NCBI RefSeq assembly: GCF_009914755.1
Contig: NC_060933.1
Reading direction: 5' to 3' (one strand)
DNA: 64,000 nt
Source of the DNA: the human T2T-CHM13v2.0 reference genome, Homo sapiens
Shown one piece after another: positions 15,952 to 29,412 of this stretch; the stretch's first letter is position 1; the number at the start of each line of letters is the position of its first letter. The notes under the pieces were generated by a model, which worked only from the letters and a program-made list of their open reading frames with translations, had not been told where the DNA came from and did no database searches. A program made the position numbers and the translations under genes.

Positions 15952-16230
15952 TTTAAAATTTATTTTAAACTGACAAATACAAATTGCATATATTTATCAT
16001 GTACAATATGTTGCTTTGAAATACGAGTACATTGTTGAATGACTAAATCAAGCTAATCAACATATGAATTACTTCACATACTTAATTTTTTGTAGTAAGA
16101 ATACTTAAAATCTAATATCTTAGTAATTTCAAGAACAAAACACAGTTATTAATTATAGTCATCAAGCTATACAATAGATGTAAACTTATTCCTCCTAACT
16201 GAAATTTTGTATCCTTTCACCAACAACTAT
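15952..16230 (-). mobile_element. L1MA (approx. MA8-9) 3' end
   Basis: gactaaatcaagctaatcaacatatg...cctcctaactgaaattttgtatcctttcaccaac. Confidence 0.8.
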
Positions 16231-16479
16231 CACAGAAATTACAATTTTATGCCTATATGTGCATGACTGTCTTCAGTAATTGTCTATTTTACTGACCTAG
16301 TTTCTATTGCTGCACCTGTCCCAAAGCCTTCATCATACATGTGTAAAAACTATTTCAAACTTCATAGGTCAAATACTAGTTGGGAGCTAATTACAATAAT
16401 TCAAGAGAAATTTTGATGGGCTACATAGGCAAGCCAGTTTGAAAAAAATAGTGCAGGTTTAATAGACATTATTGCACAC

Positions 16480-16933
16480 TATAAAAGTCATCAGAATCAA
16501 AATGGAGAAACTAATCATAAAAACAAACAAGCAAACCTGGCAAACAGTGCTGGGGAAGATTATCAAGAGAGCGTTGTCACACTTGCATGCCTGAGAACAA
16601 AATGATCACAAAAGATTGCAAAAACTGCAACCTTGCAAAGAGACCATGGCAACCTTCCACAAAAAGTACTTCTTGAGGGACATCTGTCCAGAAACTGCCT
16701 GTCCACCCTCTCACTCGTATCACCTGTGTTATTAATCTTTATAGCCAAGGATAATCTCCAAAAAATTACGTAATCTTCCTCATTTTTCCTTTAAAACCTT
16801 TGTCTTCCTTTACCTCCTTGAATATGCACATAATTTATAAGCGCATACATATTCCCATTTCTGTGCCCTACTCGCAAATAATACATTTTTTTTGTTTTAG
16901 AGAGCCTCTCTCTGTTTGATATTTAGATTGACA
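16480..16933 (+). mobile_element. MER65A-like ERV1 solo LTR
   Basis: tataaaagtcatcagaatcaaaatggag...gagagcctctctctgtttgatatttagattgaca; homologous to the copy at 54845-55250. Confidence 0.85.
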
Positions 16934-16939
16934 GTAGTC

Positions 16940-17420
16940 AGAATTGACAGAACCTAAGTGTTACGGGGATGTCACAGGAGGGAGAACCGAGGGAGACATC
17001 CAGTTCTCTTGCTTAGTAATGGGATGACTTTTTATGTTACTTAGATATAAGACAAAGGAGGCAGAGCAGATTTGAGGGGAAAAAAAACTTCATTTTTTAA
17101 AAATTTTAGATGATTGTAGGTCATCTACATGGAAACATTACAGAGGTAGCTAAGTATACATATCCCCATTTTAGGAAAAATCTAAGATAGAGATAAAGAT
17201 TTGGAAACTATCAACATAAAGCACTACCAAAATCACAGTAGTTAATGACATTAAGCGTTCAGAATGCCAAAAGGATGACAGTCCAGTAACGAATTTTAAA
17301 GGGCTCTAACATTTAAAAGACAAGGAAGTACAGCTCTCAAGAGAGGGCACTGGACAGAAGAATAGAGGACAGGCTGAAAAGTGTGAACTGAAAGCAAAAA
17401 GAAGCAAACATTTGCAAATT
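16940..17420. mobile_element. L2 fragments
   Basis: gagcagatttgagggg...agataaagatttggaaactatcaacata, L2-like. Confidence 0.55.
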
Positions 17421-18599
17421 AAGGAAAGATTTGAACCATAAGACAATGCAGGCAACTTTGTTGTGTTCATGTTAGCTACTTACAAAATTAGTACAATTCA
17501 GAATATTTTCTTATATCCCATTCCAAAGATGAAATTCAATTTGAGTTATTTGGTAATTTGTACCCATTTGGTACATGCGGCTTTATTTTAGTTCATGTTT
17601 TCCTGTCACTGTATTAAATTAGAATATTTTCCAATATGTTATGAATTTTATCATACGTATCACTATTTCAGAGTCAAAAGACAGATGTAACTATGTATGC
17701 ACAAGCTAGAATATGAGCAAGAAATATCATAATGAGAATGTTAGTATACACCTATGCAACAAGTTGCTTATAAACCTACACTGTTATCTCTATGTAATAG
17801 TGAAAATTTAGCTCTTTGTACTCAAATGCCATAAAAAAATAAGAATGAAGTAAAAAATGTATATAAAACCTTTGGCTAGAAGGCCATTTATTTTAGCAAA
17901 AAAATACACTGGTGGTGTAGTCAGAAAGACTTAGATTGGAATACTAGTTGAATTTTTCTGAGACTCAGTTTACTCATATGTATTCATATGATACTTGTAT
18001 CATATTAATATGAGAATAATACATAATAATTTAGGGATTTAAGCAATGCCATTATGTTGCCCTATCTCTTACTTTTTACATATCATCTATAGAAGTACAT
18101 ATCATCTATAGAAACAAATCCTCTTTTCTTTTCTGTGACATACCTAAGTGTAAGAAAGGATTTCAGGGAGCAAAGATGGCTTTATAAATGAGAAATCCTG
18201 GGAAACTTCAAATCACTAATATGCAGCTTACAATACAATTATTCCTTGAAGGTATTAGTGGGTGGTGAAGAGGTCCTAAAATAAATGTTTCCATGGAAAA
18301 AAGGAAGACAAAGAGTGAGAGACTAGTATTCATCTTTCTATCACAAAGATTAATGTGTTACTACATAGTTTGGTCTACAGAGCTAACACTGAAGTCTCAC
18401 ACATACTTGTGCACACTGAGCTATCAGCGTCCAATGAAACTCATCTCCATTAGTAAATGGACATAGTTTATGTTAGCACACAGAGGCTAAAGGAGATTAG
18501 AGAGAGCAGGCATAAATCTGGGCTTTTGGGGAAAGTTCCACATAGGACATGACAGAGACAATCCTAAGTTTATACATCACATCATGTTTGATTTTTCTC

Positions 18600-18770
18600 C
18601 TTGATAGGCACATAGAAATCTACACTTTCCAGCCCTCTTGCTGGTACCATATGATGTATTTTGGTCATTGCAAACAGGTAGAGGCGATATGCACCATTTC
18701 TAGACTAAGGCAATGAAAAGTATCTTTAAGTTCTCTGCTATCTCTTGTCACCTTCTCAGCTGTATGTTTT
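18600..18770 (+). mobile_element. Old MLT1 (MaLR) fragment
   Basis: ctacactttccagccctcttgc...gatatgcaccatttctagac. Confidence 0.5.
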
Positions 18771-18819
18771 GTTGTTGTTGTTTGTTTGTTTTACCAGTAA
18801 GGACTGGTAAGATATGTGT

Positions 18820-19025
18820 ATTCTTGATCCAGGCTTCCTGTCTTGAATTCTGGCTCTGATATTTTCTATTAGTTATGCAACCTTCTATGCCTAATTTCCT
18901 CTCCTGTAAAATGAAAATAATAATTGTATCTATATCACAGGGGTTATGAGGATTAATTAAAATAATAGGTATAAGCTTTTAGAGTAATGAAAGCAAATAA
19001 TAAACACTTAAAATGTTAGCTACTT
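18820..19025 (+). mobile_element. MIR
   Basis: tttcctctcctgtaaaatgaaaataataattgtatctatatcacaggggttatgaggattaa. Confidence 0.75.
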
Positions 19026-19954
19026 TCATTAGTATTTCCCACTTATGAAATTTTCTATACTTTCTCCTGATTCTTAATAAATACTTTTTTAAAAGTTTCC
19101 CATAATAGATAGAAATTTGGGGTAGTTAGATTTAGGTTTTATTTAAATCAAAATCAAACTTTTCTAATAGTTGGATCCAATGTTAGTATCTTTCTTGTAA
19201 GCTGGTTCTTCATCATTAGAAATATTCAGAAGAGGACAAAGGATTCTGTCAATGATAGTAAAGAAATAATTCTTTCCATAGGAGGAAGAATAAAAGTAGT
19301 GACCTCTACCCTTCAAAACCTGCATTTCTAACAATTTAAATACCATTATACTACTCTGAAGGTGACTAATATTTAAAATTACATTTCACTGAAATATAAT
19401 TGTCTTTAATAATTGGGAAACTACTTTGAATAAACCTTAAATAATTCATCAAACGTGATTGATAAGACAATAGACCAAATCACTATGTATTAAACAGAGA
19501 GTCTGTAAAACTTTCTGTAGCAGTTATCATCCAAAATAATTGGGAATATAACGCAGTTTCTAGAAAAGATATTCAATAACACAACAAGCCCAGAAAAAAG
19601 GATAAATAGCATGAGATATTTTACTAAGGCACTGACACTCAGAATTTAAATTTGACAGTCTATAAAATCTGTTCAAGAATGAAGAAACCCACAAAACTTC
19701 ACAGCACTATTTGCCTATGGTAGAGGATTAAAGGTCTGTATCGAGGTTTTCCGTCAGCCAGATTTTATTTTTTCTATCTACTGGTATTAAATGAAAATCT
19801 GGCTAAATCATAGTAATCGACCCCTTTTTTTTTAAAATACATATTAGAAAACGCTAAATTTGATGATAAGGATAATATTTATAGGAATGGGAGTTGCTTT
19901 CTCTCCAAATACAGTTGTTATTTTTTGACTTCCCGAAACACTACAATATTGCAA

Positions 19955-20179
19955 AATTAATGAGAACACAGACACAAAGAAGGAAACAACAGACACTGGG
20001 ACCTACCAGAGAGTGGAGGATGACAGGAGGGAGAAGAGCAGAAAAATAACTATAGGGTGCTAGGCTTAGTGTCTGGTAATAAAATAATCTGTACCTCAAA
20101 CCCCCATGACATGAGTTTACCTATATATAACAAATGTGCACATGTATCCCTGAACCTAAAATGAAAGTTAAACAAAAAA
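19955..20179 (+). mobile_element. Older L1PA/L1PB 3' end
   Basis: gagaacacagacacaaagaaggaaacaacagacactggg...gtatccctgaacctaaaatgaaagttaaacaaaaaa. Confidence 0.85.
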
Positions 20180-20519
20180 TCCCTACACTTAAATTTCTTC
20201 ATTGAAACCTTTTATGGTGAAGACATCAGCAATAGGTGGAGTAGGACCTCCCAGTGTTTGTCTCTCACGGAAACATTAATTTGGACAACTATTGTTTCAC
20301 AAAATACCTTCACAAGAGCTACAAAAACCAGTTAAGAGATTATAGCATCTGGGTATATCACAAAAATTTTAAAAGATGCATTGAGGAAATAAGAAGAACA
20401 GTTTTACATCACCCACATTGCCCCGTCCCCAAACCCTCGGCAACACAGTGTGAGAAGAGATACATTCCAAACGAGGGAAGGACAGAAAGGTTAAGTATCA
20501 GTTTCCAGACTGAGCCTTG

Positions 20520-21860
20520 AGACCAACATCAGTGCTGGGCTGGATCCCACAGCCTTACAATCCAGGTTTGCCTGGCTGTCTCAGCCTCCAGTCCTGCCCC
20601 AGTTCCAGGCCAATCCCCATAAACTCTGGCATTAGTCTGACCCCACAGACTCAGTCTCCAGGCCTTCTCCAGGGTTAGGCTGGCCCCAGTGGCCCCAGGC
20701 TCCAGACTGACCACAGCACCAGGCTGACCCCAGTGGCTCCCTCCAGACTTCAGGCTTACACAAGCAACTTGCTAGCCTTTGCTAGCCCTTGCATCCCTAG
20801 CCATCAGGCCAACACCCATGGACCCAGCTGCCATGCCATGCCCTGAAGATACAAGCTCTAGGCCTGCCCAAGTGCCAGACTGGGCACAGAAACTATAGGT
20901 TCCTGGCCCTCCCTAGGTTCTAGATCAGCCCAGAGCCAGTCTGGCACACATAGCCCCAGGCTTCAGGCCTGCCTAGTGCCAGGCTAGCATTCCTGGCTGA
21001 AGATATCATGCCATATCCACTGACATGGACTCCTGGCCTGCTCAGGGCCAGGCTGGTCCCTGTTGCCCCATCGTCCAAGGCCACCCCTGTGGCTCCATGC
21101 TCTAGAAGACTTGGGTTCCAGGCCTGCTTCAGCCAACTCACAGTCCAGGCCCATCCCAATTAACCCAAGTGTTATCTTGGTCCCCAACGAAACAGACTCT
21201 ATGACCTCTCCTGTGTAATCAGGTTCCAGGTCAGCCCCGCAGCTCTAGGACTCAGGCCGACAGCCTCTCAGACCTAGCTTCTAGGCCAGCCATTACAGAT
21301 ACAGGCTCCAGGCTGGTCCTCACGGCCCTAGGCTCCATGCCAATCGTCCTGGTTCCAGGCACCAGGCCAGTACCCACCATACCATGTACCAGATCAGTCT
21401 CATGGACCCAGGTTCCATGCCATCCCCAGCAGCTGGCTGGCCACTGGCTCCAGGCCAGTCCCCACGGTTCCAGGCTCCAGTGGCCCCAGGGTCCATGCCC
21501 CCACCAGTAAATCCTGGTATCAGGCCAGACCCTATGGACCAAAACTCCAGGATAGCCTCTGCAGACCCAGGCTTATCTCAGGGTCTATTTAGAAGACTCA
21601 TGTGTAGCCTTACTCTAGCACCAGGTCAGTACCCACAGAAGTTCCTGTGGACCCAGGCTTCAGTTCAGACTTTATGGATACAGGCTCCAGCCAGCCTCAA
21701 GGAACCAGTCTCCAGACACACCATTACAGACCCAATCAAAACTTCTGGCACAGTTTACCCAGGCTCTAAGGCCATCTCTGCATACCTGGGTGCCAAGCCC
21801 ACTCACCTATTGACCTTGGTACTGGGCCAGCCTGCCTGATGACTCCAGCAGCAAGTCCAT
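20520..21860 (+). repeat. Degenerate ~27-bp tandem array in the L1MA 5'UTR
   Basis: Consecutive units such as gtggacccaggcttcagttcagacttt / atggatacaggctccagccagcctc / aaggaaccagtctccagacacaccatt; approximate consensus GTGGACCCAGGCTCCAGGCCAGCCCCT. Confidence 0.8.
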
Positions 21861-23146
21861 CTATGAATCATGGCAGATAGTCTGCCCATAACCTCTGGAC
21901 AAGCTGAATGATAAAGGGCTTTCCCAGACAAAGCCAGTCTGCAAAGACTGAAATGAGTCCCTACTTCTTCAAATGTGAAGGTAACAATGCATGGCCACAA
22001 GGATCAAGAACAATCAGAGAAACATGACATACCAAAGAGACAAAGCATCAGTAGTGGATTCTAAAAGTGAAAATTTATTAACCGCCTAGCAAAAAATTGA
22101 AAAACAATTGGTTTAAGGAGTTCAGGAAACTACCAGGAAACAATTCAAGGAAAATAATAAGTGACGAAAGTAAGAAATTGGACAGAAATATTAAAATTGT
22201 TTTAAAAAAATCAAACACAAATCAGATTCAATCCAAACTAGAGGAAGATATATTATAGTAAAACTATGTAAAATCAAAGACAAAAAGAAAATCTTAAAAA
22301 CAATAAGAGACTAAAAGCATATTATGCATAAAAAAGATTCAGTATAGCTAGTAACATATTTCTTACTATAAACCTTATAGACCAGGAGAAAGTAGGATGA
22401 TGCATTCAAAGTACTAATGAAAAAACTCCATTAAAGAATAACATGTCCAGGAAAACTTCCAATCAGAAACGAAGGAGATATAAAGACTTTCCCAGACAAA
22501 TAAAAAGCTAGAAAATTCATCACCACTAGACTTGTCTAACATGAAATACTCAAAGTAGTTCTTTAACCAGAAAGAAAAGAATGTTAATTAGTAACACAAA
22601 ACATATTAAAGTATAAAACTCACTGGTAAAAGTAAGTACACAAATTCAAAATACTCTAATACTGTACTGTGGGTCTGTGCAATCACTTATGTCTTAAATA
22701 TGAAGGTCAAAAGACAAAATTATTAAAAATAATAGGCGCAATTATTTGTTAAGGGATACAAATTAAAAAAAGATGTAAATTGTTACATCAAAAACATAAA
22801 ATGTATGCATAGGGGGTGTAATAAAAGTGTAGAGTTTTTATATGTGATTAAAAATTAAGTTATCAGCTTAAAAGAGCATATTATACCTATGAGATGTTTT
22901 ACATAAACCTCACAATAATGGCAAACAAACACCTATACTAGATAAACCATGAATAAAAAGTAAAGAATCAAAAAATACTGCTAGAGAAAATAATCACAAA
23001 GAAAGATAGCAAGAGAGGTAGAAAGGAACAAATAAGTTACAGAACAACCAGAAAACAATTATTAAAATGGCAGTAGTAAATATTTACCTATCAGTAATTA
23101 CCTTGATTATAAATGGATTAAATTCTTCAATAAAAAGACATAGATT

Positions 23147-23294
23147 GACCAGGAACAGTGGCTCCCACCTATAATCCAGTATTTTGGGAGGCCAAAGCAG
23201 GAGGATCACTTGAGCATAGGAGTCCAAGACCAGCCCCAGCAATATAGTGAGATACTGGCTCTAAAATTAATAATAACAATAATAATAATGTTTT
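23147..23294 (+). mobile_element. FLAM / Alu left monomer nested in L1MA
   Basis: Single Alu arm with (AAT)n tail; perfect TSD ataaaaagacatagatt at 23130-23146 and 23295-23311. Confidence 0.9.
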
Positions 23295-24682
23295 ATAAAA
23301 AGACATAGATTGGTAGAATGGATGAAAAATAAGACCTAACTATATGCTGCTTACAAGAGACTACTGTCACCTTTAAAGACACACAGACTCATTTGAAGAG
23401 ATAGGAAAAAATATTTCATGCAAATGGAAACCTAAAGAGAGCAGGTATAGCTATGCTTATATCAGTAAAATGAATAAAACCTAAAGAGAGCAGGTATAGC
23501 TATGCTTATATCAGTCAAAAACTGTAACATGAACAAAAAAGGTCCTTATTAGTGATCAAGAGGTCAACTCATGAAGAAGATATAAAAATTATAAATTTAT
23601 ATTCACTTAACATTGAAAAACCTAAATATATAAAGCAAACACTGTGAGGGGGAGATAGAATTAAATACAATAATAGTAGGAGATTTCATTACCTCACTTT
23701 AAGCAATGAACAGATCATCTAGACAAATCAATAAGGAAACATCAGGCTTAATCTGCACTTTAGGCCAGATGAATCTAACAGGTGTATAGAGAGCATTCTA
23801 TCCAATAGCAGCAGAATAAATGTTCTTCTCAAATAAACACAGAACATTCTTCAGCATAGATAATACACTGGGACAGAAAATAAGTCTTAAGAAATTTTAA
23901 AAGATTGAAATTATTCAAGTATCCCTTCTGACCACAACAGTACAAAACTAGAAACAATAACAGAAAGAATCTTGGAAAACGCAAAAATACATTGAAATTA
24001 AACCTCATTCTGAACAAAAAATGAGTCAACAAATAAATTAAAAGAGATATTAAAAATATCTTGAGACAAATGAAAATGAAAATAAAATATACCAAAATAG
24101 AGTTCAGAAAAAACAGTTCTAAGTAGTAAGTTTATTGCGATAAACACCTACATAAAAAATAAGAAATATATCAAATAAATAATTTAATGTTATATACCAA
24201 GGAACTTGAAAAAAGAAACAAACTAAACCTAAAGTTAGTAGGAGGGTAAAAATAGTAAAGATCAGAGCAGAAATAAATAAAATATAGACTAGAAAAACAA
24301 TTGAAAAAAATCAACAAAAGGAAGTGCTTTTTTTTTGAGAAAGAAACAAAATTGGCAAAGCTTCAGCTAATCTAAATAAGAAAAGACAGAAGATTCAAAT
24401 AAATAAAATCAGAAATGAAAGAGAGACATTATAATTGTTACCATAGAAATACAAAGAATCATAAGAGACTAATAGGAACAAGTATAAGCCAACAAATTGG
24501 ACAACCTAGAAGAAATGAATAAATTTCTAGACATAAATTTCTACCTACCAAGGCTGACTCATGAAGAAATAGAAAATATGAACAGACCAATAATGAGAAA
24601 GGAGATTGAATCAGAAATACAAAGTCTTCCATCATAGAACAGCCCAGGACATAACGGCTTCACTGATGAATTCTATCTAACA

Positions 24683-25016
<334 letters not shown>

Positions 25017-28000
25017 CTATCTAACACTTAATTAAGAAATAATACCAATCCTTCTCCAAATTTTCCAAAGCACTGAAGAAGAGGGAATACTTCAAAATTC
25101 ATCCAATGGGGCCTGCATTTGCCTGATACCAAAGGAAGACAGGGACAGTGTAAAAAAACTTAGAGATTCCAATGAACATAGATGCAAAAATCCTCAACAA
25201 AATACTAGCAAATCAAATTCAATGCCACGTTAAAAGGAACATTGCCGATGATCAAGTGGGATTTATCCTGGTGATACAAGGATGTTTCAACATGTACAAA
25301 TCTATAAATGTGATATTCTACATTAATAGAATGTAGGATAAAAACAATATAATCATCTCAATCAATACAGAAAAAGCTTTTGACAAAATTCAGGATCCTT
25401 TTATGATAAAAAAAAAAAACTCTCAATAAATTAGGTATGGGAAGGAATGCACCTCAACACAATAAAAGCCACATGTAGCAACCCCACAGCTAACATAATA
25501 CTTAATGTTGAAAAGTTGAAAGCTTTTCCTCTAAAACCAGAATCAAGATAAAGATTCCAACTCTTGCTACTTGTACTCAACATAGCAGCCTAGCTAGAAC
25601 AATTAGCAAGAGAAAGAAATAAAAGGCATTTAAATTGGGAAGGAAAAAGTTGTTGTTTTTGTTTGCAGAGGACATAATCTTATATATATAAAAAACTTAA
25701 GACTCCACCAAAAAACTGTTAGAACTAATAAAGAAATTCCATAGGGTTGCAGAATACAAAAGCAACATATGAAAATCTGTACTGTTTTTATACACTAACA
25801 ATGAACTCTCCAAAAAAGAAACCAAAAGAACAATCCTATTTAAAATAGATACAAAAAAACTTTAAAAATAAATTTAACTGAGTAAGTGAATGGCCTGTAC
25901 ACTCAAAAGTATAAAATACTAATAAAAGAAACTAATGATACAAATAAATAGTAATCTATTTTGTGTATATGAGTAGAAATAATTAATACTCTTAAAATGT
26001 GCATACTACCAAAAGCAATCTACAGATTTAATGCAATCCCTATTCAATGACATTTTTCACAGAAATAGAAAAAAAATACTAAAATTTGTATGATACCACA
26101 AAAGACCTGGAAGAGTCAAAGCATCTTAACCAGAAGGAATGAAGCTTACTGGCAGAAGAAACAGAGACACTGACCAAGGAAACACAACAGAGAGCCCAAA
26201 AATATATCCACGCATTTATAGACAATTAAGTTTCAGCAGAGTTGCTAATAACACACAACGGGCAAAGAACAGTCTCTTCACTAAATGGTTTAGGGAAAAC
26301 CCAGTGTACACAAGCAGAAAAAATGAAACTGGAGCTATATCTCACATGATATATAAAAATCAACTCAAAATGGAGTAAAGATTTTAATTTAAGATCTTAA
26401 ATATAAAACTGTTAGAAGAAAATAACAGGGAAGCTCCACGCCATTGGTCTAGGAAATAATATTTTGGATACAACACATATTCATACCCTTTGAGTATGAA
26501 GCACAGACAACAAAAGCAAAAAAAAAAAAAAACTGAATTACATTAAACTAAAAAACTTCTAAACACCAAAGAAACAATCAAAAGAATAAAGAGTAAACCT
26601 ATAGAGTGGGATAAAACATTTGCAAACTATACTCTGATAAGGGGTTCACATTCAAAATATATCCAAACTTCAAACAACTTAATAGCAAGAAAAAAAATAA
26701 TGTGACTAAAAATAGGCAAAATACCTACACAAATAATTGTCAAAAGAAGATATAGAAATGGACAAATTTTCTTAAAAAGCTCAATATTACTAATCATCTG
26801 GGAAATGTTAATTAAAATAGCAATGAATTTTATGTCTACATGTAAGAGATAAATCACACCTGTGAGAATAGATGCTATAAAAAAGATGAAAGTTAACTAA
26901 TGTTGGTGAGAATGTAGACAAAAGGGAACTCTTTAACACTGCTGGTGGCAATGTAAATTAGTATGGCTATCATAGAAAACATTATGAAAATTTTTCAAAC
27001 AGTCAAAAAGAGAACTGTCATATGATCCAGCAATCCCACTTTTGGTAGACATCCAAAGCATATGAAATCAGTATGTTGAAGAGATATCTGCACGTCCATG
27101 TTCAGTGCAGCACTACTCACAAGAGTGAAGATATGGAATCAACCCAAGTGTCCATTAAAGGATGAATAAGTAAAGAAGATGTGTTATATATAAACAATGG
27201 TATACTTTTAAGCCTTAAAAAAGAAGGAAATCCCTTCACTTGCAACAGCACAGTTGAACCTGACAGTATGTTAACTGAAATGAGTTAGGCACTGAAAAAG
27301 AAATAGCACATGATCTCACTTAAATATGGAATCTAAAAACATGGAACTCATAGAAGCAGAGGGTAGAAATGGTGGCCAAGGGGCTCTAGGTGGCAGGCTG
27401 GGGAGATGTGGGTCAAAGAATATGAAAGTTCATTTAGATAGGAGGAATAATTTCAAGATATTTATTGTACAATATGATGACTATAGTTAATAACAATGTA
27501 TTATATTTATGAAAATCGCTATGAAAATAGATTTTAAGTGTGATCACTACAAAACGTAAGTATGTGAGTTAATATATGTGATAATTAGCTCAATTTATCC
27601 TTTCCAAATGTATACATATTTCAAAAAATCATACAGTACATAATACATATAATTTTTATTTATAAATTAAAAATAATTAATTTTAAAAGGAAAATAGAAA
27701 TATTTCATTAAAGTAGATACAGCAGATATCCTGGCAATGATTATTAAGTGAAATAGCCTCATTCACATAATAAGGTTGAAACAAATGTGCATTGCCTTCC
27801 AGATGGTCAGATAATGCCAAATGCAGAAAGGTTGTCTAATCAGTACAATCCATCTACAAAAGTCACCAGGATTATATAACATCTACCAGAGAATTTAGAA
27901 AGAAATATAAAATGAAATCCTGCTCCATTCCGATTACTGTGATTCTATTAATTTTGCTCCCCTAACAAAGTGACCATCTTAAATATGAAGGGATGCAAAA

Positions 28001-28439
28001 GATGTATAAAATAATTTCTCAATCCTAAGGAAGTTTTCCCACTGAGAAACAATATATACACAAAAGGCAAAACAATACAAGGTACTCTCTGAATCAAAAA
28101 GCTTTCATTTTCTAATTCATGCAAGGTGTGTGGTCTTCATTATAAAAAGTTCTGTCGTATTTGTTTTCTTTTACCTAACCCACTTTGGAAACTAATACAG
28201 AGCAGAACAAAAGTCACCTAAAGCAAATTTTATAAGTGCTGACTCACATGCGTTAAAGCTAAGAGAGCCTGATTAATAATTATTTTATTGCAATCAACAT
28301 CATCAAATATCTTTTTTCATGACTTCCATTTCTGGTGGAATGGCTGATTTTATGGAGCTCTTGATTTTCTATGATCTGTATATCATGGTAATCAGACCTG
28401 TAAAGTTAATCTGCATGATTAAATGTCCACATGAGTTAA

Positions 28440-29250
28440 AGACAAAAGCCATAGAAATAGACGAAATGGCAATGTCAACATTAAGTGAAATGGTCAAGGA
28501 AGACTTTATGAAAGAGATGAAAATTGATTTGTGCCTATGAGAATGAGTGTGGCTAAGCATAGTAACAGTAGCAAAAGCTATTCACATAGTGGAAAGTAGC
28601 ACAAAAGAGAAAGTAGAGTAGAATAGAAAAGGGTCTTTCAGTCTTAAAAATTTTTTTTTGGCAGGTGGTAAGGAAACTGATCAACAGTGTAGTAGATTTC
28701 TAATGAGAAGTAGAGGGAGAGAAGTGATGACATATTATTCCTATGAATGGTCTGGTGGACAGTGCAAAGCAAGTAGACAATTTCTGAATGTTATTGTGAG
28801 ATGATGAAAATCGTACTTAATAAGACCACTCTGAAAGAAATATACAAGATGTATGATAGCAGGTAAACAGGAGGAAGAGAGGTCATTTAAGAAGCTATGT
28901 CAATTACAATATTAAATGCATTTTGAAATGAGAAGGGGCCAGACTTAATGACAAACTACTTATGAATGTACAGAAAATGAAGCAGAGATGCATGAGGATT
29001 TTCCTACCAGGGTGACCAGAGAAATGAGGAAATAGTTGATAGGGGCTAATGGAAAAGGAACTACTTCTTGAAGAAATTGCATTCGAGATGACTGTAGAAC
29101 TTCTAAATTAAAGTGGCCTTACATCTCTGAAAATGAAGTTCAGTAATTTAGGGACAACTACAGGCAAGGGATAAATGAATGCCCAAAAGTGCACAGATTT
29201 ATTGGAATGGGAAAAGCTCTAAGAAAAGATGTCTGAGGGATATAGGTTTC
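28440..29250. mobile_element. L2 remnants
   Basis: gtcaaggaagactttatgaaagagatgaaaattg; ttaataagaccactctg. Confidence 0.5.
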
Positions 29251-29378
29251 CTCAGCATTACTTAGTACTAAAATATATTTAGGTATAATTCTGGCTTAAA
29301 TGTTGCTTTTCAATTTATTAATCTATTTGATATTAATACTTTATAGAAACTATTACATCTTCAATCATGGGAAGCTAT

Positions 29379-29412
29379 ACACACACACACACATACACAC
29401 ACACACACATAC
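29379..29412. repeat. (CA)n microsatellite
   Basis: Directly visible. Confidence 0.95.

Noticed and set aside
19164-19346. Minus-strand ORF/acceptor (NISNDEEPAYKKDTNIG)
   Set aside because: Short, no recognisable homology, no partner exons.
20520-21860. Periodic array as CRISPR, or the 151-aa Pro-rich ORF as a gene
   Set aside because: Units are contiguous and degenerate with no unique spacers or cas genes. The array lies in an L1 5'UTR, and the ORFs follow from GC content and a 3n period.
28284-28400. Minus-strand terminal exon (acceptor at 28397, AATAAA at 28284-28289)
   Set aside because: Motifs are common in AT-rich DNA; no coding signal or independent support.
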